The notes beneath the pieces are model-generated. The model saw only the letters and a list, made by a program, of their open reading frames with translations. It ran no database searches and was not told the DNA's origin. Below are positions 31,894 to 42,483 of a DNA stretch of 64,000 nucleotides, in pieces. The DNA is taken from NCBI GenBank assembly GCA_963733175.1, contig CAVTCL010000025.1:65720-129719 (forward strand), given 5' to 3'. Made by a program: the position numbers and the translations under genes. Each line of letters starts with the position of its first letter. Position 1 is the stretch's first letter. The stretch comes from an uncultured Actinomycetota bacterium. GTDB lineage: Bacteria; Actinomycetota; CALGFH01.

Positions 31894-33070
31894 TTATCGG
31901 AACGGGTAGGGGACGGGGTTGGTGATGTCGAGCCAGACCAGGCCCACCGTGAGCATCACCAGCAGGCCGACGATCAGGGCGGCCACGGGCACGACCTTGC
32001 GCAGGTCGACCTCGCGCCTGGTCACCACCTGCCAGAGCACGAAGGCGAGGTAGCCGCCGTCCATCGGGGGCAGGGGGAGGAGGTTGAACACCCCGACGAC
32101 GATGTTGAGCTGGATCAGGATGGCGATGAAGATCGCCCACTGGTTGTTGGCCACGGCCTGGCCGGCCAGCCGGGTGATGCCGACGATGCCGATGGGGCCG
32201 CCGTCGCGCACCTCCCCGCCGCCGCCTCCGCCGCCCGCGGGCGCCGGCCCTGGGGCGCTGATCCGGTCGGCCAGGCCGGTGACGAAGCCGCCGAGGCCCT
32301 TGACGGTGGCCACGGTGGTGTCCCAGAAGAGCTTGACCGACTCGGGGAGGGCGGCGAGCACGCCGACGCGCCTGGTCTCCTCGCTGGGCTGGAAGCCGAG
32401 GAACCCGCGGCCGTCCTGCTCGACCGGGCGTCGCGGTGGTGGAGCGCCGCTCGCCGTCGCGGATGTACTCGATGGTGATCTGCTCGCCGCCCGTTTCGGT
32501 CAGGGCGTTGCGCAGCTCCTCGAAGGTGGCGACCTGGTTGCCGGCCACGGCCGTGATCTGGTCGCCCGCCCGGAGCCCGGCGTCCTGGGCCGGGCTGGGC
32601 GTCCCCGCGGACAGCGTGACGGTGCGGTCGATCGTGGTGGTGGCCTGGCCGGTGCCGATGCCGATGGCCACCAGCACCATCCAGATCAGCAGGATGGCCA
32701 CCAGGAAGTGGGTGATCGACCCGGCCGCGAGCACGATCGACCGCTGCCAGGCCGGCTTGTTGCGGAACTGCCGCTCCGGCGGGGTGGGCTCGGCCGGGGC
32801 CTTGCCCGAGCGGTCCTCCTCCAGGAAGTTGGCGTCGTTCTCGTACGGGCTCATGCCGGCGATCTTGCAGAAGCCGCCGAGGGGCAGGGCCTTGATGCCG
32901 TACTCGGTCTCGCCCCGGCGGAACGACCAGATGGTCGGGCCGAAGCCGAGGAAGAAGCGCTCGACCTTCATCCCGAAGAACTTCGCCGTCGCGAAGTGCC
33001 CGCCTTCGTGCAGGAAGATGGCCAGCATGAGGGCGAGAACAAAGAGCGTGATGCCGAGCGCGCTGGTCAT
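31894..33070 (-). CDS. rseP: M50 site-2 protease (RseP/Rip1-like), frameshift near 32,430
   Basis: HEGGHF zinc motif and PDZ-like segment in one frame. The C-terminal NLLPLPPMDGG motif is in the 155-aa ORF. ATGA overlap with dxr. Confidence 0.85.
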
Positions 33071-34239
33071 CGAGTCCCCCGGGAGGTGATCAGGTCCTCG
33101 ACCAGTGTACGGGCGAGTCCACGCGACCACCGCTCGGTGGCGAGCACGGCGTCGAGGTCGAGGGCGGCCGGGGGGCGGTGACGTTCGAGGACTTCGGCCA
33201 CCACCTGGGCGATCCCGGGGAACGGGAGCCGGCCGGCCAGGAAGGCGCCCACCGCCTCCTCGTTGGCGGCGTTCAGGGCGGCCGGGGCGGTGGCGCCCTG
33301 GCGGCCGGCCCGCAGGGCCAGGTCGAGCAGGGGGAAGGTGGCCCGGTCGACGGGCTGGAACTCGAGGGTGGCCGCCCGGGCCCAGTCGATCCGGCCCACC
33401 GGCCGCTCGTCCCGCTCGGGCCAGCCGAGGGCCAGGCCGATCGGCAGCCGCATGTCGGGCATGGAGAGCTGGGCCACGGTGGAGCCGTCGCGCCACTCCA
33501 CCATGGCGTGGACGATGCTCTGGGGGTGGACGACGACCTCGATGCGGCCGTACGGCACGCCGAACAGCAGGTGGGCCTCGATCACCTCGAGGCCCTTGTT
33601 CATGAGGGTGGCCGAGTTGACGGTGATCATCGGGCCCATCGCCCAGGTCGGGTGGGCGAGGGCGTCGGCCGGGGTCACGGTGGCCAGGTCGGCGGCCGAG
33701 CGCCCGCGGAACGGGCCGCCGGAGGCGGTCACGATCAGCCGGGCGACCTCGCTGGGGCGGCCGGCCCGCAGGCACTGGGCGAGGCCGGAGTGCTCGGAGT
33801 CGACGGGGACGATCTGGCCCGGCCTGGCCAGGGCGGTGACCAGCTCGCCGCCGACGATCAGGCTCTCCTTGTTGGCCAGGGCGAGCCGGCGGCCGGCCTC
33901 CAGGGCGCGGAGGGTCGGGGCCAGGCCGACCGAGCCGGTGATGCCGTTGAGGACCACGTCGGCGCCGTCGGCCGCGGCCAGCTCGGCGACCGCCTCGGGC
34001 CCGACGGCCAGGCGGCAGCCGGGCGGCAGCTCGGCGGCCAGGCCCGCCGCCTGGGCCTCGTCGACCAGGCCGACCGCGGCCGGCCGCAGCTCGCGCGCCT
34101 GGGCGGCCAGCCGGTCCGCCGAGCGCCCCGCGGCCAGGGCCACCACCCGGAACCGCCCCGGGGCGGCCCGGATCACGTCCAGCGCCTGCTCCCCGATCGA
34201 CCCGGTCGACCCGAGCAGCGCCACCCCGACGGGACTCAC
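33067..34239 (-). CDS. dxr: 1-deoxy-D-xylulose 5-phosphate reductoisomerase
   Basis: GTG start at 34,239 (VSPVGVALLGSTGSIG). Motifs LANKESL, PVDSEHS and NKGLEVIEAH. Confidence 0.94.
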   Translation of the reverse strand: MSPVGVALLGSTGSIGEQALDVIRAAPGRFRVVALAAGRSADRLAAQARELRPAAVGLVDEAQAAGLAAELPPGCRLAVGPEAVAELAAADGADVVLNGITGSVGLAPTLRALEAGRRLALANKESLIVGGELVTALARPGQIVPVDSEHSGLAQCLRAGRPSEVARLIVTASGGPFRGRSAADLATVTPADALAHPTWAMGPMITVNSATLMNKGLEVIEAHLLFGVPYGRIEVVVHPQSIVHAMVEWRDGSTVAQLSMPDMRLPIGLALGWPERDERPVGRIDWARAATLEFQPVDRATFPLLDLALRAGRQGATAPAALNAANEEAVGAFLAGRLPFPGIAQVVAEVLERHRPPAALDLDAVLATERWSRGLARTLVEDLITSRGTR

Positions 34240-35390
34240 ATGCCCTCCGCCAGCGGGAGGACCTTCCGGCCTGGCCGCCCGGTGGCGGTGCGGAGCTGGC
34301 CGCAGGCGGCGTCGATGCCGACGCCGCGGTTGGCGCGGACGCTCACCGGGACCCCGGAGGCGGCGACCGCGTCCCGGAAGCGGCGGACCGCCGCCTTGGA
34401 CGGCGGCGAGAACCCGGTGCCGGGGGTCGGGTTGTAGGGGATGAGGTTGACGTGGGCGGCGTGGCCGCCGCTGCGTGGGACCCGCAGCGGGGCCAGCAGC
34501 CGGCCCAGGCGGCCGGCCTGCTCCAGGTCGTCGTTGACCCCGGCCATGAGCGCGTACTCGAACGAGACCCGGCGCCGGGTCGCGGCCACGTAGTCGCGGA
34601 CGGCGTCGAGCAGCTCGGCGATCGGCCAGCTGCGGTTGACCGGGACCAGCCGGTCGCGGACCTCGTCGGAGGCGGCGTGGATGGAGACGGCCAGGTTGAC
34701 CGGGAGCGGCTCGGCGGCGGCCCGCCGGATCCCCGGGACCAGCCCGACGGTCGAGATCGTGATCGCCCTGGCCGACAGCCCGAACCCCTGGTGGAGCCGG
34801 TAGGCGGCCCCCCAGGTGGCCTCCTGGTTGGCGAACGGCTCCCCCATCCCCATGAAGACCACGTTGGTGAGGTGGTCGGGGGCGCCCGGCCCCGGGCGCA
34901 GCTCCGGCAGCATCGTCGACACCCTGGCGACCTGCTCGACCACCTCGCCCACCGACAGGTGCCTGGTGAACCCGAACTGCCCGGTGGCGCAGAAGGTGCA
35001 GCCCATGGCGCAGCCCGCCTGGGTCGAGATGCACACCGTGGCCCGCCCCCGCGGGCCGCCCTCCCAGTCGTCCTCGGGTCGGGACCCGGCCGGCGGGTAC
35101 AGCATCAGGACCGACTCGACCGCATCGCCTCCTGGCAGGCGGAACAGGAACTTGTGGGTCCAGCCGTCGTCGCCGGCCTGGTGGTGGTCGAGGGCCAGCC
35201 CGGCGCCGGCGAACCGCTCCGAGAGCCGCGCCCGCAGCGAGCGGGGCAGGTTGGTCATGGCCCGGGGGTCGGGCTGGCGGCGGGTGTCCAGCCAGTGGGC
35301 GAGCTGGCGGGCGCGGTAGGGCGGCTCCCCGGCCTCGGCCACCAGCGCCTCGAGCTGCCCGGCGTCCAGGTCGTACAGCGAGCGGGTCAT
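34236..35390 (-). CDS. rlmN: 23S rRNA/tRNA (adenine-C2)-methyltransferase, radical SAM
   Basis: Start at MTRSLYDL (35,390). Motifs CAMGCTFCATG and MGMGEPFAN. Confidence 0.92.
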   Translation of the reverse strand: MTRSLYDLDAGQLEALVAEAGEPPYRARQLAHWLDTRRQPDPRAMTNLPRSLRARLSERFAGAGLALDHHQAGDDGWTHKFLFRLPGGDAVESVLMLYPPAGSRPEDDWEGGPRGRATVCISTQAGCAMGCTFCATGQFGFTRHLSVGEVVEQVARVSTMLPELRPGPGAPDHLTNVVFMGMGEPFANQEATWGAAYRLHQGFGLSARAITISTVGLVPGIRRAAAEPLPVNLAVSIHAASDEVRDRLVPVNRSWPIAELLDAVRDYVAATRRRVSFEYALMAGVNDDLEQAGRLGRLLAPLRVPRSGGHAAHVNLIPYNPTPGTGFSPPSKAAVRRFRDAVAASGVPVSVRANRGVGIDAACGQLRTATGRPGRKVLPLAEGM

Positions 35391-36274
35391 GGCGCGTGGA
35401 CCAGGTCGAAGGCGGCCAGCACGTAGTACAGCACCGGGGCCATGAACAGCAGGGCGTCGACCCGGTCGAGCACGCCGCCGTGGCCGGGCAGGATCGAGCC
35501 CATGTCCTTGACCGCCAGGTCGCGCTTGAGCATCGACTCCGACAGGTCGCCCAGCGGCGCCACCACGCAGGTGGCCCCGGCCAGGACCAGGCCGGAGGCC
35601 AGCGTCCACGGCTCCCACAGCGGCAGCAGGAAGGCGCCGGCGGCCAGGCAGACGACCGAGGCGCCGATGGCCCCCTCCCAGGACTTGTTGGGCGAGACCT
35701 GGGGGGCGATCGGCCGGCGCCCGAGGGTGGCCCCGGTGGCGTAGGCGGCGGTGTCGTAGATCACCACCAGGGCCGCGTAGCCGATCATGGCCCCGACGTA
35801 GTGGTCGGCCCGCCCCACGACCAGCGACAGGTGGGCGGCCATGAAGGGCACGTACACGACGGCGAACACGGTGGCGGCGACGTTGCGGGTGACCTCGGTG
35901 CGGCCCCGGTCGACCAGGTACCAGCCGAACGCGGCCAGGATGGTCACCAGCAGCCCGAACGACAGCGCGGCCGGGCCCTCCAGGTAGGCCCCGACGACCA
36001 GCAGCGCCCCCATGGCCAGGACGACCGGGCGGGCCGGCCGGGTCGCCCGCGCCCGCAGCACGGCGAGCAGCTCCAGCAGGGCCAGGGTGACGATCCCGAG
36101 CAGGAAGGCCACGAACAGCGGCCGCGACAGCACCAGGGTGGTGATCAGCACCCCGGCCAGCAGCAGCCCGGTGAGGATGGCGACGGGCAGGTTGCGCCCG
36201 GCCCGGGCGCCCCGCTCGCGCCGCGGCATTCCCGCCTCGGCTCCGGCGGGGTCGAGCGGAGCGGGCTCAGCCAC
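35387..36274 (-). CDS. cdsA: phosphatidate cytidylyltransferase
   Basis: 295-aa polytopic protein with the C-terminal signature SMLKRDLAVKDMGSILPGHGGVLDRVD. Confidence 0.92.
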   Translation of the reverse strand: MAEPAPLDPAGAEAGMPRRERGARAGRNLPVAILTGLLLAGVLITTLVLSRPLFVAFLLGIVTLALLELLAVLRARATRPARPVVLAMGALLVVGAYLEGPAALSFGLLVTILAAFGWYLVDRGRTEVTRNVAATVFAVVYVPFMAAHLSLVVGRADHYVGAMIGYAALVVIYDTAAYATGATLGRRPIAPQVSPNKSWEGAIGASVVCLAAGAFLLPLWEPWTLASGLVLAGATCVVAPLGDLSESMLKRDLAVKDMGSILPGHGGVLDRVDALLFMAPVLYYVLAAFDLVHAP

Positions 36275-36280
36275 CGGCGC

Positions 36281-36838
36281 TCAGCCCTCGAGCAGCTCCT
36301 GCTCCTTGTGCTGGAGCAGGGTGTCGACCTCGGCGACGTACTTGTCGGTGATGCCCTGGAGGCGCTGCTCGGCCCGGCGCAGCTCGTCCTGGGAGATCTC
36401 GCCGTCGCGCTCCAGGCGCTCCAGGGCGTCCTTCTCGTGCCGGCGCACGTTGCGGATGCTGGTCCGCGCCTCCTCGGCCCGGTGCTTGGCCAGGCGGACG
36501 TACTCCTTGCGCCGCTCCTCGGTGAGCTGCGGGAAGGCCAGGCGGATGACCTGGCCGTCGCTGGCCGGGTTGATGCCCAGGTCGGAGTTGCGGATCGCCT
36601 TCTCGATGGCCGCGGCGGCGTTGCGGTCGTACGGCGAGACCACCAGCAGCCGGGCCTCGGGGGCGGAGATGCCGGCGAGCTGCTGCAGCGGCGTCGGGGT
36701 GCCGTAGTAGTCGACCTGGAGGCGGTTGACCAGGGCGGGGTTGGCGCGGCCGGTGCGGATCCCGCTGAACTCCTCCTTGGCCACCTCGATCGCCTTGCTC
36801 ATCTTGGTCTCCGCCTGCCGGAGCGTGTCCTCGATCAC
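36281..36838 (-). CDS. frr: ribosome recycling factor
   Basis: GTG start at 36,838 overlaps the pyrH stop. [18 protein letters not shown]...[13 protein letters not shown]. Confidence 0.94.
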   Translation of the reverse strand: MIEDTLRQAETKMSKAIEVAKEEFSGIRTGRANPALVNRLQVDYYGTPTPLQQLAGISAPEARLLVVSPYDRNAAAAIEKAIRNSDLGINPASDGQVIRLAFPQLTEERRKEYVRLAKHRAEEARTSIRNVRRHEKDALERLERDGEISQDELRRAEQRLQGITDKYVAEVDTLLQHKEQELLEG

Positions 36839-37652
36839 CTTGGCTCCCCTCGCTGGGTCTCGTCTGCTCCCTCGAAGGCGTCGGTCGGGCCGACCACCGT
36901 GCCGATCGGCTCGCCGCACACCGCCCGCCGGATGTTGCCCTCGGTGAGCAGGTCGAACACGATGATGGGCAGGTCGTGATCCTTGCACAACGACAGCGCG
37001 GTGGTGTCCATCACCCGCAGCTCGCGCCGGATCGCCTCCAGGTAGTCGATCCGGAGGAACTTGCGCGCCTCGGGGTGCTTCTTGGGGTCGGCGTCGTAGA
37101 CGCCGTCGACGCCGTTCTTGGCCATCAGGATCGCCTCGGCGCCGATCTCGAGCGACCGCTGGGCGGCGGTGGTGTCGGTCGAGAAGAACGGGGCCCCCAT
37201 GCCGGCCCCGAAGATCACGATGCGCCCCTTCTCCAGGTGGCGGACGGCCCGCCGGGGGATGTAGGGCTCGGCGATCTGGGTCATCTGGATGGCGGTCTGG
37301 ACCCTGGTCACGACCCTGCGGCGCTCCAGGGCGTCCTGGAGGGCGAGACAGTTCATCACCGTCCCCAGCATGCCCATGTAGTCGGCCCTGGCCCGGTCCA
37401 TGCCGGCGGCCTCGGCGGCCGACCCGCGGACGATGTTGCCCCCGCCCACCACCACCGCGACCTGGACGCCCAGGTCGAGGACCTCGACCAGCTGCCTGGC
37501 GACGCCGTCGATCTTGCCGTAGTCGAGCCCGAACCCGACCTCGAGTCGGCGAAGGCCTCCCCCGACAGCTTCACCACGACCCGGTCGAACCGCGGCTTGC
37601 CGTCCCCCCCATCGGCCGGATGGCTCTCGTCACCCGCCATCAGGTACGCCAT
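36835..37652 (-). CDS. pyrH: UMP kinase, frameshift near 37,540
   Basis: [13 protein letters not shown] in the 98-aa ORF, then FGLDYGK...[11 protein letters not shown]...[11 protein letters not shown] in the 206-aa ORF. Confidence 0.9.
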
Positions 37653-37705
37653 GGTTCACGTCCCTTCGGGCTGCTTGACGGATCGGGGGTCCCTTCGACC
37701 TGGGG

Positions 37706-38314
37706 CTAGGCGCCCTCGCCGACCTTGAACCGGGAGAAGCGGCGCAGCACCAGCTTCTCGCGGACCTTGGCCGAGTAGGCGTCGAGCAGGTCCTGGATGG
37801 ACTGCTTGTCGTCGCGGATGTACGGCTGGTCGAGCAGCACGACCTGCTTGTAGTAGTCCTTGAGCTTGCCCTCGACGATGCGCTCGACGATGTGCTCGGG
37901 CTTGCCCTCGGCCTGCTTGGCGTAGATCTCCCGCTCCTCGGCGAGCACCTGCTCGGGCACCTCGTCGCGCGAGATGTAGGTGGGGTCGGCGACGGCGATG
38001 TGGAGGGCGATCTCGTGGGCCAGGCGCTGGAACTCGTCGGTCTTGGCCACGAAGTCGGTCTCGCAGTCGAGCTCGACGAGCACGCCCAGCTTGGGCGGCA
38101 GGTTCGGGTCGGGGGTGTGCAGGTAGGCGTCGACCACGCCCTGGGTGGCGCTGCGGCCGGCCCGCTTCTCGACCCCGGCCTTGCCGGCCTCGCGCAGCAG
38201 CTGCGTGGCCCGTTCCAGGTCGCCGCCGGCCTCGCGCAGCGCGTTCCTGCAGTCCATCATTCCGGCTCCGGTGGCGTCCCGGAGCGCCTTGACCTGAGCG
38301 GCCGTGATCTCCAT
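37706..38314 (-). CDS. tsf: elongation factor Ts (short, about 200-aa form)
   Basis: Likely start at MEITAAQVKALRDATGAGMMDCRNAL. Also contains LDCETDFVAKTDEF. Confidence 0.92.
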   Translation of the reverse strand: MEITAAQVKALRDATGAGMMDCRNALREAGGDLERATQLLREAGKAGVEKRAGRSATQGVVDAYLHTPDPNLPPKLGVLVELDCETDFVAKTDEFQRLAHEIALHIAVADPTYISRDEVPEQVLAEEREIYAKQAEGKPEHIVERIVEGKLKDYYKQVVLLDQPYIRDDKQSIQDLLDAYSAKVREKLVLRRFSRFKVGEGA

Positions 38315-38376
38315 GTCGGGTGGTGCTCCTTGCTGCAACGTCGATTCGATGTCAGTCAGGTCCCAGGGGCGTTGGC

Positions 38377-39772
38377 TCAGGCCCGCCGGGATCGGTTCTC
38401 GTCGTCCGGGTCGGCAGCCTCAGCCTTGTCGCCGGGCGCGGAGGCGTCCTCGCTCCCGGCCTCGGGCTGAACCTCAAGCTCAGCTTGAGCCTCGGCGCCG
38501 GCCTCCGGCCTGGGTCGTCCCACCCTCGGCCTCGGGAACCTCGCCGGTCTCCGGGACCTCCGCGGTGGTCTCAGCCGGGGCCTCGGCCTGGGTCGCCCCT
38601 GCCTCGGCCTCCTCGGCTGGGGCCGGTGCGCCGGCTGGGCCTCCGCCTCGGTGGCGCCGCCCTCGCCGCTCGGGGAGCTCGGGCGGCGCCTCGGGGCCTT
38701 GGCGCTCGCCTCGGCCGGGGCCTCCGCCTCGGGGCCTTGGCGCTGCCGGCCGGGGCCTTGGCCTCGGTGGTGCCGGCCGAGGCCTTCGCCTTGGTGGTGC
38801 CGGCGGGGCCTTGGCCTGGCTCTTGGCCGGGGACGCGCCCTTGGCGCCGCTCCGGGACTGGGTCGCGCCCCGGCTCGAGGTCCCGCTCTTGCCGGCGCCG
38901 GCCGGCTTGGCGGCGGCAGCGGAGGCCGCCGCCGCCTTCGCGTCGCCGGAGCGGCCGGCCGCGGCCTGGTCGCCGCTCTCGGACTCGAGCAGCTCGCGCT
39001 CCCACTCGGCCAGCGGCTCCTCGTCGGCCGGGCTGACCGAGATCGCGGCCGCGCCCTCCTTGCCGGCGGCCTCGGACGCGTAGACGCTGCGCAGCCGCAG
39101 CCCCTCGGCCACCGCGTCGGCGACGATCCGGGTGAGCAGGCTCCCGGCCCGGATGGCGTCGTCGTTGCCCGGGATCGGGTAGTCGACCTCGTCCGGGTCG
39201 CAGTTGGTGTCGAGGATCGCCACCACCGGGATGCCGAGCTTGCGTGCCTCGGTCACGGCGATGTGCTCCTTGCGGGTGTCGACCACCCAGACCGCGGCCG
39301 GCAGCCGGGTCATGTCACGGATGCCGCCCAGGTTGCGCTCCAGCTTCTCGCGCTCGTGCCCGAGCCGGAGGACCTCCTTCTTGGGCAGCACCTCGGTGGC
39401 GCCGGTGGCCACCATCGCCTCCAGCTCCTTGAGCCGCTGCAGGCGCTTGTAGATGGTGGTGAAGTTGGTCAGCATCCCGCCGAGCCAGCGGAAGTTCACG
39501 TACGGCATCCCGACCCGCTCGGCCTGGGTCTTGATCGACTCCTGGGCCTGCTTCTTGGTGCCGACGAACAGCACGTTGCCACCCTTGGCCACCGTGTCGC
39601 GCAGGAACCCGTAGGTGGACTCGATGGCCGTGCTGGTCTTCTGCAGGTCGATGATGTAGATGCCGTTGCGCTCGCCGTAGATGAAGCGCTTCATCTTCGG
39701 GTTCCAGCGCCGGGTCTGATGCCCGAAGTGGACGCCAGCTTCGAGCAGCTGGCGCATGGTGACGACTGCCAC
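38377..39772 (-). CDS. rpsB: 30S ribosomal protein S2 with long Ala/Glu/Lys/Pro-rich C-terminal extension (3' end needs a frame correction)
   Basis: GGGAGGA then GTG at 39,772. Core motifs [15 protein letters not shown]...FVGTKKQA...DTNCDPD. The tail continues about 190 aa, and the last about 35 codons to the stop at 38,377 are in another frame. Confidence 0.88.
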
Positions 39773-39939
39773 GGTGGTCCTCCCTGCCGTTCCGGTTCGA
39801 CCTCCGCCCGTTGTGTTTCCCACAGTCATCAGATCGTGGGGGGCCGGGACCTCGACCCGCTCGGGTCCACCCGGAGCGGGCACCGTCGAGTCCCGTCGAC
39901 GGGCGTGCGTTGTAGCCCGGACACCCGGGCCCGCCGCGG

Positions 39940-39948
39940 ACGATAGCA
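39940..39948 (-). promoter_or_regulatory. candidate extended -10 element (TGcTATCGT) upstream of rpsB
   Basis: The minus strand reads tgTGcTATCGTc about 170 nt upstream of the rpsB start. Confidence 0.25.
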
Positions 39949-39974
39949 CAAGCCCCCCAATCCCCGCCCCAGGA

Positions 39975-40598
39975 TCACCCGCCGGGCAGACCACCAGGAG
40001 CCGGCAGCGGAACCAGCCGCGGTCTCGGCCGGTCGACCAGGTAGCGCCAGAGGATCGACGTACACCCCATCCACCCGCACGCTCAGGTGCAGGGTCGCCG
40101 GGGCCGCCGGGCCCGCCGGATGACCCGGGCCGACGCGGCCGACCGGGGTCCTTGACCGCACCCGGGTCGCGGTGACCGCCGGGTCGAGGAGCGGGCCGAG
40201 GGTCACCAGCACCCCCGGAGCCGCCATGAGCGTCACCCAGTTGACCCCGGCCACCGGGCCGGCGAACACGACCCTCCCCGCCGTCGGCGCCCGAACCAGC
40301 TCCCCCACGGGGGCCGCGATGTCGATCCCCCGGTGCCCCGGCCCGTACGGCCCGGCCCGCGCGTCGAACCCCCGCACCAGCGGTCCTGTCACCGGCATCC
40401 ACAACCCCGGCACCCGTGGTGATCGCGGCGCTCACGTGGTGCCCGCGGGGAGGGATGCTCGGCCCCGCCACCGGCGGCGACCGGAGCGGCGGCCGCGGCA
40501 ACGGCGGCGCAACGGCCGGCCGCCAGGAGCGCGGCCAGGAGGAACGGCCTCCAGCCGCGGCCGGGCTCGGCCGCTGCTTCGGGATACGCCGGCAACAT
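39975..40598 (-). CDS. secreted M23 family metallopeptidase, frame broken about twice
   Basis: Signal-like start ([12 protein letters not shown]) in the 69-aa ORF and the M23 core ([14 protein letters not shown]...[16 protein letters not shown]) in the 194-aa ORF. The likely C-terminus ...RPRLVPL... is in a third frame. Confidence 0.75.
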
Positions 40599-40825
40599 GG
40601 GACTCCCAGGCGATCGGACGCGATGGCGTCGTTCGGACTGCCCAGGACGCTACCGGGCGGCGAGGGCCGGCGGACCGTCATCCACGAGAATGTGGAGAAC
40701 CAGTTCACCGCGCGAGTCGAACGACCGTACCGCGCCATCGGGGTGATCCATCGCAGCCTGTCCCGCGTACACCAGGCAGGAGCCCGCCATGCGGCGCCGG
40801 AACGGCCCGGACGAGAGGACGACCG

Positions 40826-41092
40826 ATGAGACCGCGAAGCAGCCTTGCGCTCGCCGGGGCGCTGCTGGTGACGCTGCGTGCCAGGCACCGCCATGGCCAC
40901 CCGATCCGACACCTCCGTCACCGACGGTCGTCCGTGGCGACCGACGGACGCGTCCTCTTGGAGGATGCCCTCACCGACGAGATCCGCACGGACAACGCAG
41001 ATGCTCCTGACGCGAGCATCCTGGTTCCCCAGGACGGCGCCGTCGTCGACGACGTCGACCACCGGCTCAACGAGACCCGCGATCCGAGCTAG
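40826..41092 (+). CDS. hypothetical small secreted protein (possibly frameshifted)
   Basis: ATG followed by a signal-like [17 protein letters not shown]. The acidic C-terminal half has high third-position GC. No family recognised. Confidence 0.3.
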   Translation: MRPRSSLALAGALLVTLRARHRHGHPIRHLRHRRSSVATDGRVLLEDALTDEIRTDNADAPDASILVPQDGAVVDDVDHRLNETRDPS

Positions 41093-41385
41093 CGGCGTCC
41101 TGCATCTTCGCCCGGAGCTGGAGCACCGCCTTGGTGTGCATCTGGCAGACGCGCGACTCGGTGACGCCCAGGACCTGCCCGATCTCGGCCAGGGTGAGGC
41201 CCTCTCGTAGTAGTAGAGGGTGATGACGATCTTCTCCCGCTCGCCGAGCCGGTTGATGGCCCCGGCCAGGATGCCCTTCATCTCCTGCCCGACAGCCGTT
41301 CCACGGACGACGGCTCGTCCAAGAAGCCCCCCTGTTGGCCGGGCGCGACCGTGTCGGCCGCTCCGGCGTTTGTTACCCGACCCAC
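41067..41385 (-). pseudogene. whiG: WhiG/FliA-type sigma factor remnant (region 4 only), with internal frameshift
   Basis: Reads ...[24 protein letters not shown] / [33 protein letters not shown]. Only about 130 nt separate it from the xerC stop, so regions 2-3 are absent. Confidence 0.75.
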
Positions 41386-41424
41386 CGCGCTGGGGCGGTT
41401 GGTGGCTGGGCTCCCCTCGTCGGC

Positions 41425-42483
41425 TCAGGCGCGCGGGTGCGCCTGCTCGTAGACGCGGCGGAGCCGCTCGTTCGAGACGTGCGTGTAGGTCTGGGTCGTG
41501 GTCAGGGCAACGTGGCCCAACAGCTCCTGCACCGCCCGCAGGTCGGCACCTCCCTCCAGCAGGTGCGTTGCGAAGCTGTGGCGGAGCGTGTGCGGGCTGG
41601 TCCCAGCGGGCGCACCGGCCGCCAGCCGGTACCGCTCGAGCATCCCGCGAACGTCCCGCTGGGTCATCGGCTTCCTCCGCCGATTGAAGAACAGCGCCTC
41701 TCGATCGTCGGCGCCGTCCCGCGTGCTGGCGGTCGTCGAGCGTGCCGGCCGGTCCGCGCCAGGCAGCATGGCGGCGCGGCCGTCCACGAGGTAGTCGAGG
41801 ACGGCGACGCGGGCCGGCTCCCCGAACGGCACGACCCGCTGCTTGGCCCCCTTGCCGAGCACCCGGACGGTGTCGGCCGCCAGGTCGACGTCGCCGAGGC
41901 GGAGGCCGCACAGCTCCCCGACCCGGATGCCGGTCGCGTACAGCAGCTCGAGGATCGCCCGGTCCCGCAGGCCAACCGGGTCGACAGGCTCGGGTCCGGC
42001 GAGCAGCCGGTCGACCTGGCGCGGCTTGAGCACGACGGGGAGGCGCTTGGGCCCACGGGGGACCCCGAGCCCGGCGGCCGGGTCGTCGGGAACGAGCCCC
42101 CGGCGCGCCAGGAACCGGAACCCCGCCCGCAGGGCCGCCGCCTTCCTGGCGATCGACGCCGCGGCAAGCCCCCGCGTCCGCTGCAGCGCCAGAAATCTCC
42201 GCAACAGCAGCGGCTCCACCCGGGCCGGGTCGGTCACCCCAGCCCTCCCGGCGTACTCCAGGAACTGGGTGAAGTCCCGCCGGTAGGCCGCCACGGTATG
42301 CACCGACAGCCCCCGTTCGTCCCGGAGATGGGCGACGAACGCCTCCAACGCATCCCGAGCCGCCGGCCCCAGCCCGTCCGGGTCGTCCACCGGCCCGTCC
42401 GGGTCGAGTGCTCGACCTGACGGGTCGGGTCCGCCACCTGGCGGGTCGGGTTCGCGTCGGTTGTCAGTCATCGCGGTCATCAT
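41425..42483 (-). CDS. xerC: site-specific tyrosine recombinase XerC
   Basis: Likely start at MMTAMTDN (42,483). Motifs [31 protein letters not shown] and [15 protein letters not shown]. Confidence 0.9.
   Translation of the reverse strand: MMTAMTDNRREPDPPGGGPDPSGRALDPDGPVDDPDGLGPAARDALEAFVAHLRDERGLSVHTVAAYRRDFTQFLEYAGRAGVTDPARVEPLLLRRFLALQRTRGLAAASIARKAAALRAGFRFLARRGLVPDDPAAGLGVPRGPKRLPVVLKPRQVDRLLAGPEPVDPVGLRDRAILELLYATGIRVGELCGLRLGDVDLAADTVRVLGKGAKQRVVPFGEPARVAVLDYLVDGRAAMLPGADRPARSTTASTRDGADDREALFFNRRRKPMTQRDVRGMLERYRLAAGAPAGTSPHTLRHSFATHLLEGGADLRAVQELLGHVALTTTQTYTHVSNERLRRVYEQAHPRA

Noticed and set aside
30563-33775. 1,070-aa minus-strand ORF spanning ispG, rseP and dxr.
   Set aside because: Only its middle segment (MTSALGITLFV...HEGGHF...) is real, as the rseP 5' part. 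The rest is off-frame read-through of neighbouring genes.
40599-40825. Possible c-di-AMP (ydaO-type) riboswitch in the lower-GC leader next to the M23 cell-wall peptidase gene, prompted by a cggggtgatcc-like element.
   Set aside because: Only one short box resembles the consensus, and it lies on the strand opposite the peptidase gene. The other conserved ydaO elements (e.g. GCUAACCUCG-like) were not found by eye.
38480-41911. 1,143-aa minus-strand ORF that would fuse xerC-adjacent sequence, the sigma stub, the M23 region and rpsB.
   Set aside because: Only the last about 430 codons (from the GTG at 39,772 with a GGGAGGA ribosome-binding site) are S2. The upstream part is an open off-frame running across other genes and intergenic DNA.
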